Sequence record: OX422066.1
Direction: 5' to 3' (one strand)
DNA: 24,000 bases
Source: Enterococcus phage Planchet
The notes beneath the pieces were generated by a model. That model was not told the DNA's origin, did no database searches, and worked only from the letters and a program-made list of their open reading frames with translations. Positions 8,546 through 16,470 of the stretch are shown here, piece by piece; the stretch's first letter is position 1; every line of letters begins with the position of its first letter. Both the position numbers and the translations under genes were made by a program.

Positions 8546-9118
8546 TTATAGAAGTATTGCCCATATTATTAGGAATATTAAGATTAATAATGAGGCTCCA
8601 AGTACGAACATCAAAACAGTTCTCAACCAATTAATTTTCGATGACTTATGAATTACACCTTTAGAGTCTTTATAATCATGATGATTGAACATCCAGCACC
8701 ACATCCAAAATCTTGGTGAAGAAAAAGATGATTCATAAGAAGGACGATAATTCGTTTCATTAAAGCCTAATGATCTTGAGGAATGAGGTTTAACTTCCGT
8801 GGGAATGTCAGCATTTTTAATAGGTTTACCTTTAAAATTAGAATTGCTTTTCACTTTAGGTGATGCAGCTTTATTTGTCTTAGGAACTGACACCTTAGGA
8901 GTTTTAACCGAACCTTTGTAGGTTGATCCACTTTTAATAGAAGATCCTGATCGACTGGGTGACTTAAATGTTGATCGACCTACTTTTGATGATGAATGAA
9001 AAGATGAATGTGATGAAGAATGAAACGAAGAATGAACCATCGCATAAGCTCTCTGATCTTTTCCTCCTATGAATAATACTCCTAAGATAGCCAAGATAAC
9101 CAATATAAACTTTTTCAT
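8546..9118 (-). CDS. Secreted/membrane-anchored Ser/His-rich protein of unknown function
   Basis: Signal peptide MKKFILVILAILGVLFIGGKDQRAYA, HSSFHSSSHSSFHSSSK repeat, Ser/Lys-rich linker, Trp-rich WMWCWMFNHHDY, C-terminal TM. Confidence 0.7.
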   Translation of the reverse strand: MKKFILVILAILGVLFIGGKDQRAYAMVHSSFHSSSHSSFHSSSKVGRSTFKSPSRSGSSIKSGSTYKGSVKTPKVSVPKTNKAASPKVKSNSNFKGKPIKNADIPTEVKPHSSRSLGFNETNYRPSYESSFSSPRFWMWCWMFNHHDYKDSKGVIHKSSKINWLRTVLMFVLGASLLILIFLIIWAILL

Positions 9119-9423
9119 TTTTTGCTTTCCAAATCCTTTCTTATTTCATGTTGTTTTTTGACAACTTTACATCGATCAATGAATGATTTTAATATAAAGA
9201 ATATCCATAATAAGATTAATGATAAGACGAATATACCTATAAAAATTTTAGGTATGACTGATAGGAATAGTATCAGTAATAATCCTAGTCCTATAGCTAG
9301 AAGAACTGGAATTAACACCTCGGCAATATTTAAAGCTGCTTCCCATAAAACTTCAACGCCTACTACGATCCATAACCATATTTTGTCAATTATGTTATAT
9401 ATTTTATTCCACAATGATATCAC
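9115..9423 (-). CDS. Membrane protein of unknown function (102 aa)
   Basis: Long hydrophobic segments; ATGA overlap with the downstream gene and 20-nt overlap with the upstream one. Confidence 0.65.
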   Translation of the reverse strand: MISLWNKIYNIIDKIWLWIVVGVEVLWEAALNIAEVLIPVLLAIGLGLLLILFLSVIPKIFIGIFVLSLILLWIFFILKSFIDRCKVVKKQHEIRKDLESKK

Positions 9424-9814
9424 CTTTCTTTATTTTCTCAACATCTTTAAGTAAATTAGAATAGTCAAGTCCTAAAATATAAAGCGCATCTGTGAATCCT
9501 TCAATATAATTATTAACCAATAATTTAAACATGACGTCAGAAGTGACGCCACGCCACCCTTCCAAAAGCTCAACTTGACTTTCAATTCTTTTAGTCATTT
9601 TACGTTCAAGTTCACCATCATTATGAGTCTTAACTTGAACGACCAAACGAGCTCCAAAATTATTTACACACGTATCAATATTTACAACTTCTTTATCTCC
9701 ATATTTCATAAGAGCTTCATCTTTTGAAGAGAATACACATGCACTATTATCAAGTGTTAAATATAAGAAATTTCCTTCGGTGTTTTTCAATAAATCTTTT
9801 AATAAAATGAACAT
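9404..9814 (-). CDS. Hypothetical protein (136 aa), first gene of a three-gene unit
   Basis: RBS GAAGGAGG 14 nt upstream region, strong promoter upstream. Confidence 0.7.
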   Translation of the reverse strand: MFILLKDLLKNTEGNFLYLTLDNSACVFSSKDEALMKYGDKEVVNIDTCVNNFGARLVVQVKTHNDGELERKMTKRIESQVELLEGWRGVTSDVMFKLLVNNYIEGFTDALYILGLDYSNLLKDVEKIKKGDIIVE

Positions 9815-9841
9815 AAAAATACCTCCTTCATATATGTTTAT

Positions 9842-9870
9842 ATTATATACGAAGGAGGAGAAAGTGTAAA
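9842..9870 (-). promoter_or_regulatory. Promoter TTTACA-N17-TATAAT with palindromic operator-like element over -35
   Basis: ATTATA 9842-9847, TGTAAA 9865-9870; perfect dyad TGTAAAC-T-GTTTACA at 9865-9879. Confidence 0.85.
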
Positions 9871-9887
9871 CTGTTTACATATTTTAT

Positions 9888-9917
9888 ATGAAAAAATAGA
9901 GGTGTTAACCTCTATTT
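9888..9917 (-). terminator. Intrinsic terminator downstream of 10230..10000
   Basis: AAATAGAGGT-gtta-ACCTCTATTT; continuing U-tract on minus strand. Confidence 0.85.
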
Positions 9918-9999
9918 GTCATTTTCTTATGCATTTTATATTCTCCTTTATAAATAAAATTCGATTTTTATTCGATGAAATTCGTCTATTTTTACATAA

Positions 10000-10230
10000 T
10001 TACATATTAGATGTTCGTGGTTGTCCTCCGAACTCATGGCCTATAAGTAATCCATTTAAATTATATGACGTCTCAGATGTGTATCCAGAGGCTTGTACAT
10101 ATAAAATTTTCACTACATTTTTTTCCTTAAAATATAGTGTTCTTTTGTGCTCCGTAAGTCCTTCAGGAAGATTAGTTAAAAATCTTTTTCGTTCTTCGTG
10201 ACCTAACGAATCAAACTGTTTCTTATTCAT
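10000..10230 (-). CDS. Hypothetical protein (76 aa)
   Basis: Preferred over the antisense 99-aa ORF: it has its own promoter upstream (10263-10291) and terminator downstream. Confidence 0.65.
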   Translation of the reverse strand: MNKKQFDSLGHEERKRFLTNLPEGLTEHKRTLYFKEKNVVKILYVQASGYTSETSYNLNGLLIGHEFGGQPRTSNM

Positions 10231-10262
10231 TGATTCACCACCATTTAATTGATTACTATTTA

Positions 10263-10291
10263 ATTATAACTATTAATGTATAGGATGTAAA
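10263..10291 (-). promoter_or_regulatory. Promoter TTTACA-N17-TATAAT (minus strand)
   Basis: ATTATA 10263-10268 and TGTAAA 10286-10291. Confidence 0.8.
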
Positions 10292-10301
10292 TATTTTTAT
10301 G

Positions 10302-10329
10302 AAAAAAAAATAGAGCCGAAGCTCTATTT
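10302..10329 (-). terminator. Intrinsic terminator with UUCG tetraloop
   Basis: Minus strand AAATAGAGC-TTCG-GCTCTATTT followed by TTTTTT. Confidence 0.92.
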
Positions 10330-10331
10330 AA

Positions 10332-10508
10332 TTATTGACCCACTGTTGAAGTAGTCGTTGTCGTAGGATGCAAGGCTTCTTGATCGGCTTTTGCACCTTT
10401 TCCAATTACTTCTTCAGTGAATACTTGTTTTCCTAGATTATGTTCGGAAACTCCTAGAGGTGTTTCTTGTTCTTGTTGGTAACCTGCTACTCGTTTTACT
10501 TGTACCAT
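10332..10508 (-). CDS. Small hypothetical protein (58 aa) with poly-Thr C-terminus
   Basis: Absent from ORF track. MVQVKRVAGYQQEQETPLGVSEHNLGKQVFTEEVIGKGAKADQEALHPTTTTTSTVGQ*, preceded by GGAGTGATC and followed by a terminator. Confidence 0.75.
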   Translation of the reverse strand: MVQVKRVAGYQQEQETPLGVSEHNLGKQVFTEEVIGKGAKADQEALHPTTTTTSTVGQ

Positions 10509-10554
10509 AAAATGATCACTCCAATTATTTAATAGGTATTGCTACCTTTATTAT

Positions 10555-10584
10555 ATTATATCATGATTGACATAAAAATTACAA
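10555..10584 (-). promoter_or_regulatory. Probable weaker promoter for the 58-aa ORF
   Basis: Minus strand TTGTAA-N18-TATAAT, with TGA before the -10. Confidence 0.5.
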
Positions 10585-10604
10585 CAATTAAAAGAATAAG
10601 TTTA

Positions 10605-10649
10605 GGATCATGTTCGTATAATTATATTATTATGAAATAAACATGATCC
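10605..10649 (-). terminator. Long-loop hairpin, possible terminator of topoisomerase operon
   Basis: GGATCATGTT (10605-10614) / AACATGATCC (10640-10649), AT-rich 25-nt loop; no strong U-tract. Confidence 0.4.
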
Positions 10650-10659
10650 CAGAATGTCC

Positions 10660-12663
10660 TTATTCTACATTCATTACAGCTTTTTCTTTTACTTTCACAA
10701 TAGATTGACCTCTTGAAGCTCTCCATTGTTTAACATTTATTTTGTCAATGTCAATATTTTTAACCTTACCATCATACTCGATGATGATAGATGAATCTTT
10801 TAATCGAATTTGATGGACTAACACTAAAGGTTCGTCTTTCCAGTAAGCATTTTTTAAGATCCGTCTTGATGCTTCAAAGTATTGTTCAATAGGTACACGA
10901 ACAATATGTCCATCATTATATCCTAAAAGTAATTCGTTTGTTTCTTGTCCTGGAAAAATGCAAGCAATATAATCTTCTTTTTCAAAATACGTTGGTAAGA
11001 ATGTTCCAATAGTTTCATCAATATCATTTACACAAATTAAACCTGCTAGAGCATCATTTAATAATGTGGTAAATTTTTCATTGTTTTTCATTTGTACTTG
11101 ATAACGAATTTCGTCACCTGCAAGAATCTTGAATTTTTCTTTTCCTGAACGATCAGTTTTGTATGCCCATCCATTTTTCGTAACTGTGACAGTCACGTCG
11201 TGATCACTACCAACTTTTTCTTGCTTGGTAACTTTCTTAACGATTTTCTCTTCTTTTTCGGAGATTGTGATTACATTCGTACGACGTTTAGGAGCATCAA
11301 TTTTTTCAATCGTTTCTTTCATACGACGTTTAATTTCTTCTTTGATATATCCGTCGTCTTTTACGTTTTTCTTCAACTGATCAATTTCTTTTTCCAATTC
11401 ATCGATCGCCTGAATTTTCTTTTGAATACGTTCTTCATTTAATGAACGTAAAGTCATTTTACCAATGTATTCAGCTTGTTCATAATTTAAATCAAATTCA
11501 TTCATCAATTTTTCTTCAACTTCATTATCTTTTGAAAAACGAATGATTTTAATTGCTTCATCGACTGACGTAATTTTTCGAAGTCCGATCAAAACATTTA
11601 ATTCTTTCGTCATTTTATCGATCTTATTTTGCATACCTCTACGAATTACTTTCATTCTCCAGCCAAGCCATTTAATCAATAATTCTTCTACACCGACGAC
11701 TTGAGGCTTTCCATCGATCAAAACATTTAAGTTAGATGAAACTGAACTTTGTAAAGCTGTCCATTTATAAAGCTTTGCAATTACCTCTTTAATGTCCGCA
11801 TTCTTACGAACAGTGATAACAATCTTCATTCCTTTAAAAGATGTTCCATCACGAACATCAGTTACTTCTTTCAATTTTCCTTGCTTATTTAAATCAATGA
11901 TCTTATTGATGATAGCTTCTCGTTTAGCGCCATAAGGAATTTCATGAACGATAATCTTGTTTCCTTCTACTTCCATTTTCGCTCTCATTCTTAAAGATCC
12001 TCGACCGGTGCGAATGATTTCTTTTGCAGCTTCATCATCTTCAATGATTGATGCACCTGTTGGAAAATCAGGATAAATTGTTTTCATTGGTCTCATCATG
12101 AATACATCTTCAATAGCATCATATAATTCATGAATATTATAAGATAATGTTGATGATGCAAAACCAATTGCCATCCCGCTTTGTGATTGTGTTAAAATAG
12201 AAGGATATGTGACAGGTAAGACTTCAGGTACCATGATTGTCCCATCATAATTAGGTACATAATCAACACTATTTTCTTTTAATTCTTTAGTGATTTCTAA
12301 AGCATTATCACCCAATTTTACCTCGGTGTAACGAGCTGCAGCAGGTGTATGATCGTTAGATGTATTTTGTCCCCAAGATCCTTTACCTATTAAGAAAGGT
12401 AAATTATTTCTATCTTTTTGAACAAGACCAACGATTGATCCATATGATCCGCCGTGTGGATGCAGTCCCATTACTCTTCCTTCGACTGTCGCTGACTTCG
12501 TAAAGTTTAACGTTTTATTTTGAACCATTGAAGTAATGATTCGTCGATGAACAGGCTTAAATCCGTCGCGAAAATCAGGAATTGCTCGTTGTAGTAATGC
12601 ATAAGCAGACATACCCATCATAGCACTATTTAAATGTGATCCTACTTCAATTTTATTAATCAT
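10660..12663 (-). CDS. parC: Type II DNA topoisomerase subunit A (topoisomerase IV / ParC-like)
   Basis: AIPDFRDGFKPVHRRI, HPHG, active-site region AAARYTE, SQSGMAIGFASSTLSYNIHEL; reduced C-terminal domain. The ParC versus GyrA label is tentative. Confidence 0.9.
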   Translation of the reverse strand: MINKIEVGSHLNSAMMGMSAYALLQRAIPDFRDGFKPVHRRIITSMVQNKTLNFTKSATVEGRVMGLHPHGGSYGSIVGLVQKDRNNLPFLIGKGSWGQNTSNDHTPAAARYTEVKLGDNALEITKELKENSVDYVPNYDGTIMVPEVLPVTYPSILTQSQSGMAIGFASSTLSYNIHELYDAIEDVFMMRPMKTIYPDFPTGASIIEDDEAAKEIIRTGRGSLRMRAKMEVEGNKIIVHEIPYGAKREAIINKIIDLNKQGKLKEVTDVRDGTSFKGMKIVITVRKNADIKEVIAKLYKWTALQSSVSSNLNVLIDGKPQVVGVEELLIKWLGWRMKVIRRGMQNKIDKMTKELNVLIGLRKITSVDEAIKIIRFSKDNEVEEKLMNEFDLNYEQAEYIGKMTLRSLNEERIQKKIQAIDELEKEIDQLKKNVKDDGYIKEEIKRRMKETIEKIDAPKRRTNVITISEKEEKIVKKVTKQEKVGSDHDVTVTVTKNGWAYKTDRSGKEKFKILAGDEIRYQVQMKNNEKFTTLLNDALAGLICVNDIDETIGTFLPTYFEKEDYIACIFPGQETNELLLGYNDGHIVRVPIEQYFEASRRILKNAYWKDEPLVLVHQIRLKDSSIIIEYDGKVKNIDIDKINVKQWRASRGQSIVKVKEKAVMNVE

Positions 12664-12913
12664 TGTTGCCTCCTAAAAATCGATGTTGTTCTAATACACC
12701 AAAAAGAACATCTTCTAATTTTAATTGTGAACGATCAAATCGTTCAATTGTTTCTTCAAGAAGAGCAAGATCCTCTTTTTCCAATTTCTTATTTAATTCA
12801 TATTTCACCATGATTGAACGATAGATGTCTAACGTTGAATTAATCTCTTTACTCATTGTAATTACTCGCTGCGTCTTTTGTTTTAAAGACAATTCTTTTG
12901 ATTCAAAATACAT
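12656..12913 (-). CDS. Small hypothetical protein (85 aa) between topoisomerase subunits
   Basis: Charged helical ORF overlapping the ParC-like start by 8 nt, directly downstream of a promoter. Confidence 0.7.
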   Translation of the reverse strand: MYFESKELSLKQKTQRVITMSKEINSTLDIYRSIMVKYELNKKLEKEDLALLEETIERFDRSQLKLEDVLFGVLEQHRFLGGNND

Positions 12914-12945
12914 TTCATAATCTCCTTTATATTTATTACTATTTT

Positions 12946-12974
12946 ATTATATCATTAAAATGAATAAGTGTAAA
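12946..12974 (-). promoter_or_regulatory. Promoter TTTACA-N17-TATAAT (minus strand)
   Basis: ATTATA 12946-12951, TGTAAA 12969-12974; TGA precedes -10. Confidence 0.88.
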
Positions 12975-12983
12975 CATTAGAAA

Positions 12984-13009
12984 GAAAAAGACGGGTTTTA
13001 ACCCATCTT
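12984..13009 (-). terminator. Intrinsic terminator of the topoisomerase B gene
   Basis: Minus strand AAGATGGGTT-AA-AACCCGTCTT followed by TTTC; the stop codon overlaps the stem. Confidence 0.75.
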
Positions 13010-14942
13010 AATCAATATCATTAATGTAATTATGAAGTTGCTCTTCAATTAATTTTTTACGAGGATTTACATCGTCGCCCATCCAATCGTTAATCATCGC
13101 ATAATTTGCTTCTCCATCAGCGACAGTCAATTGTAATAGATTTCGTGTCTTAGGATTCATCGTTGTTGCCTCCATTGTTTCAGCATCAACTTCCCCCAAT
13201 CCTTTAAGACGTTGGATAATATATTTTTGTCCTTCATATTTACCAATGTTCTTTTCTTTTTCATCTTCAGTTAAAAAGTAAACAACTGAATCATCAGAAA
13301 ACTTCAATTCATATAAAGGCGTTTGTGCTACGTAAACATGACCATTTTCAAGTAAAGGTCTCATGAAACGATAGATGAACGCGATCAATAATGAAGCAAT
13401 GTGCCCTCCATCCGCATCCGCATCAGTCGTAATAATGATTTTACCAAAGCGTAAATTATTAATGTCAAAATCATTTTTCTTACCATCAGTGATACCTGTT
13501 CCAATGATTTTTACCATATTCACAATTTCCGCATTTTTAAAGATCTTTTCAAGTGGTGCTTTAAGAACATTAAGAACTTTACCTCGTAAAGGAAATGCAG
13601 CTTGGAACTCATCATCACGAGAGTCAACAATTGACCCATTGGCTGAGTCTCCCTCTGTTAAGAAAAGCTCCGCATCTAAACCATGTTTTTCACTGTCGAT
13701 CAGTTTTTCAATCTTATTACCAATTCCTGAAACTTTTTCAGTCAACTGTTTCTTTAATTTTTGACGAGCACGTTCATTAGCCCCATTTGCTTTTTGAACC
13801 ATAAGAAGATGATCAACGAGCTTTTTAAAATCTTTAGGTTGTTGCATTGAGACAGCTGTGAGCAAATTCATTACGTAATCTTTTGCTTCGTCTTTATATT
13901 TCTTTTTGTTTGTACTCAATTTTGTTTGGTTACTAAATTCAACGACATTTGACTCAACGATACCAATGAAAGAAATTGAATTTTCAACATCGTCTTTAGA
14001 GAATGACGTAATTTTTGCAGGAAACAATTTATTTTCGCGGCAATATTTATTCATAAATAATCGTACGCCATCTAAAATCCCATCATTAATTGCTCCTCCA
14101 TTTTCAAGCCAAGTCATATTAAGATATGATTCTTGATGAACATCAGGCGTTGTCGTTAGAATAATATTGTAACTATTTTTTTCCATTACTCCTGATTCGC
14201 CATCAACTACTTCAATTTCACTTTCTTTTTTGATCTCGCCTAATGTGAAAATTGCTGATGTCAATGTTGATCCTACCATTTCATCGAATCTGTCTCTTAT
14301 TCCATCATATTTAAATGTATAAACTTTATCTTCATGAGTGAAATTATATTCAATTCCTGGGGACGCAACAGCAAAATGTTGTACGATATCTTTAATTTTC
14401 TTAGGATCAAAAGTTGTATGAGTGTAAATTAAATCGTCTAATTCAACAGTGAATGTAGACCCATGAATATCTTTCATGTCACCTAATTCCATTTCCATAT
14501 ATTCACTATCTAATTCTCCACCATCTTTGAAGCGAACTTTATGAACGTATCCATCGTAATGAGACATTACCGCGAACAGCTTCGATGTAAAGTTTAAGAC
14601 AGTTGTTCCTACTCCATTTGTTCCTGTCGTAACTGATTCAGTGACGTCATATTTTGTTCCTGCGAACAACGTTCTAAATAAGAGATCATAATTCTTTTCT
14701 CCATCAGTCTCTCCGCCAATACGAATACCTCGACCATTATCTGAAACAGTGATTCGTTTATTTTCATTTGATAAGATTACATTGATTACTCCTGGGTCTG
14801 TTGCATGATTTCGTAATTCATCAGCAGCATTCGCGATCAGCTCTTTAATTCCATGATAGAAATTATCACGTGATCCGTACCAAATACTTAATTTCTCACG
14901 TGCTTGTGCTCTATCGTCTAATTTTCTAATTTTGTCAGACAT
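13008..14942 (-). CDS. parE: Type II DNA topoisomerase subunit B (topoisomerase IV / ParE-like)
   Basis: GHKL ATPase motifs (ELIANAADE, VSDNGRGI, TGTNGVG), LTEGDSANGS, PLRGKVLNV, TTDADADGGHI, QRLKGLGE. Confidence 0.93.
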   Translation of the reverse strand: MSDKIRKLDDRAQAREKLSIWYGSRDNFYHGIKELIANAADELRNHATDPGVINVILSNENKRITVSDNGRGIRIGGETDGEKNYDLLFRTLFAGTKYDVTESVTTGTNGVGTTVLNFTSKLFAVMSHYDGYVHKVRFKDGGELDSEYMEMELGDMKDIHGSTFTVELDDLIYTHTTFDPKKIKDIVQHFAVASPGIEYNFTHEDKVYTFKYDGIRDRFDEMVGSTLTSAIFTLGEIKKESEIEVVDGESGVMEKNSYNIILTTTPDVHQESYLNMTWLENGGAINDGILDGVRLFMNKYCRENKLFPAKITSFSKDDVENSISFIGIVESNVVEFSNQTKLSTNKKKYKDEAKDYVMNLLTAVSMQQPKDFKKLVDHLLMVQKANGANERARQKLKKQLTEKVSGIGNKIEKLIDSEKHGLDAELFLTEGDSANGSIVDSRDDEFQAAFPLRGKVLNVLKAPLEKIFKNAEIVNMVKIIGTGITDGKKNDFDINNLRFGKIIITTDADADGGHIASLLIAFIYRFMRPLLENGHVYVAQTPLYELKFSDDSVVYFLTEDEKEKNIGKYEGQKYIIQRLKGLGEVDAETMEATTMNPKTRNLLQLTVADGEANYAMINDWMGDDVNPRKKLIEEQLHNYINDID

Positions 14943-14976
14943 TCATATTCCACCTTCATTTAATATTTACATTTAT

Positions 14977-15005
14977 ATTATATCATAAGCCTAGTAGTGT
15001 GTAAA
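14977..15005 (-). promoter_or_regulatory. Promoter TTTACA-N17-TATAAT, -35 lies in a hairpin loop
   Basis: ATTATA 14977-14982, TGTAAA 15000-15005; hairpin AAGCCTaGTAG / CTACcAGGCTT at 14987-15016. Confidence 0.85.
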
Positions 15006-15042
15006 CTACCAGGCTTATTTCGTCTATTTTAAATATGAAATT

Positions 15043-15672
15043 TTAATTCTTGAAATCTTCCAACACATCAACCAATTCTTTCTTAATTTTTCTTAATCTA
15101 TTATTGGCTGCTACACGTGAAATTCCCCATTTTTCTGCATAATTTGCGACTGAATAAGTCTTCTTATCAATCAAGATTAAAATAAGATCAAGATCTTCTT
15201 CTTTATTATAAACGCTTATGATAGCCTCAATTAAATCTTGACTCACAAGAAGATTCTCTGCATTAGCTATTTGGTTATATGTCTTATCATTTATGAACAT
15301 CTTATTAGACTGATCATCGCGATCATCTTCATTATGTTTTGCTGATAGAGAAGTAGTGTTTTTCTTTTCCCATTTACTTTTGCTTGATCCAATAAGTGGA
15401 TAAAGAAGATCTCTTTTTGCTTTTTGGAAACGATTATAGATGTAAGTTGAAATGCAAGTTCCGTGGCTGATGTCATATTTTTCATATGAGTTCCAAAGTT
15501 CGATCGTGAATTGTTGTTCTATTTCTTCTCGTTTCATAATGTTACCATAAACCTTAACCATTGACCAAGTTTCTTTTTGAATCATTTTAAAGAACTGAGT
15601 GTATAATTCTTCAAATGTAAAATCTTTTTGCACTGTGCCTGTTTTCGTTGTCATTAAGAATGTTTTTGTCAT
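15043..15672 (-). CDS. Sigma-70-like (region 2 + region 4 HTH) transcription factor
   Basis: FEELYTQFFKMIQKETWSMV...EEIEQQFTIELWNSYEKYDISHGTCISTYIYNRFQKAKRDLL and a C-terminal HTH SVANYAEKWGISRVAANNRLRKIKKEL. Confidence 0.65.
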   Translation of the reverse strand: MTKTFLMTTKTGTVQKDFTFEELYTQFFKMIQKETWSMVKVYGNIMKREEIEQQFTIELWNSYEKYDISHGTCISTYIYNRFQKAKRDLLYPLIGSSKSKWEKKNTTSLSAKHNEDDRDDQSNKMFINDKTYNQIANAENLLVSQDLIEAIISVYNKEEDLDLILILIDKKTYSVANYAEKWGISRVAANNRLRKIKKELVDVLEDFKN

Positions 15673-15710
15673 GTTATTTTTCCACCTTTAATATAGTATT
15701 TTTGTGCATA

Positions 15711-15998
15711 AAAAATAGCCACTTGAATCTGGCTTCCTTCTTTAAAAGCTAGGTTTTCAAGACTGATTCTTTATGTAATGCTTTGTTGTGTTTTTAACCA
15801 ACATATTAATTATAAACCTTATTAAGAACAATGTATATAGAAAATTTTCCTTTATTAATGTTTTTTAATTGAAAAGTTTATACTTAAAATGGTTGATTTT
15901 AAAACCTTAAATGAATTGTATGAAAGCGATCAAATGTTGTTTAAGTAGGAAGGATAAAGTTCCGAGGATCTTTAATTTCTTTATTATTTTTGACCACT
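15711..15998 (-). ncRNA. Candidate ~290-nt noncoding RNA or long attenuated 5' leader upstream of the sigma-like gene
   Basis: Starts at a TTTACA-N17-TATAAT promoter (16004-16032) and ends at AGCCA-gattcaag-TGGCT-A-TTTTTT (minus strand, 15711-15734). No convincing ORF between. Confidence 0.45.
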
Positions 15999-16003
15999 TA
16001 ATA

Positions 16004-16032
16004 ATTATATCAATCAATGAGTGACTTGTAAA
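16004..16032 (-). promoter_or_regulatory. Promoter TTTACA-N17-TATAAT (minus strand)
   Basis: ATTATA 16004-16009, TGTAAA 16027-16032; TGA before -10. Confidence 0.88.
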
Positions 16033-16065
16033 CAAAATTTTGTACATTTTTACTAAAATATGTAT

Positions 16066-16094
16066 AAAAATAGAGGGGTTACCCCTCTATTTTT
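16066..16094 (-). terminator. Strong bidirectional intrinsic terminator overlapping a stop codon
   Basis: AAAAATAGAGGGG-tta-CCCCTCTATTTTT; stop codon of 16470..16087 lies in the stem. Confidence 0.95.
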
Positions 16095-16470
16095 TTCTCT
16101 CTGTTATTTGCATAAACGAACGATCACTATTTGTTATTATAATATATTCGCCACCGTATTTTGTGTCTTTAACTGTAAGAATTATCGTATCTTTAACTGC
16201 ATCAATTCCTTCAAGTTGAAAGATAGGTTTATATCCTAATTTTTCTCCCATTGATTGTTTCCAATTATCATACGTATCGCTTAAATAATTTTCTTTCTTT
16301 TTAAGCTCTTTATTTTCGTAGATAAGAGCTGTCTTATCATCTTCAAGCTGCTTAATCTTATCGTCTATTCTTTGCTTATAAAAAGCAAAATAAATTAAAG
16401 CGACGAAAAGAAATACGACAACGAAAAATACAAAATAATCACTTATTTTTGATTCCTTTAAGAAATTCAT
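16087..16470 (-). CDS. Membrane-anchored coiled-coil protein (127 aa)
   Basis: N-terminal TM YFVFFVVVFLFVALIYFAFY, then a heptad-rich segment; GGAGGT RBS. Confidence 0.7.
   Translation of the reverse strand: MNFLKESKISDYFVFFVVVFLFVALIYFAFYKQRIDDKIKQLEDDKTALIYENKELKKKENYLSDTYDNWKQSMGEKLGYKPIFQLEGIDAVKDTIILTVKDTKYGGEYIIITNSDRSFMQITERKK

Noticed and set aside
9122-9454. Plus-strand 110-aa ORF
   Set aside because: Antisense to the membrane-protein gene; its composition mirrors the complementary hydrophobic codons.
9902-10201. Plus-strand 99-aa ORF
   Set aside because: Antisense to the 76-aa minus ORF that has a promoter and terminator; it begins inside the terminator region and has no RBS.
11200-11442. 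Plus-strand 80-aa ORF
   Set aside because: Antisense to the topoisomerase A coiled-coil region; poly-Phe is an artefact of complementary Lys codons.
13375-13764. Plus-strand ORFs at 13375-13764, 13595-13780 and 13906-14136
   Set aside because: Fully antisense to the strongly supported topoisomerase B gene.
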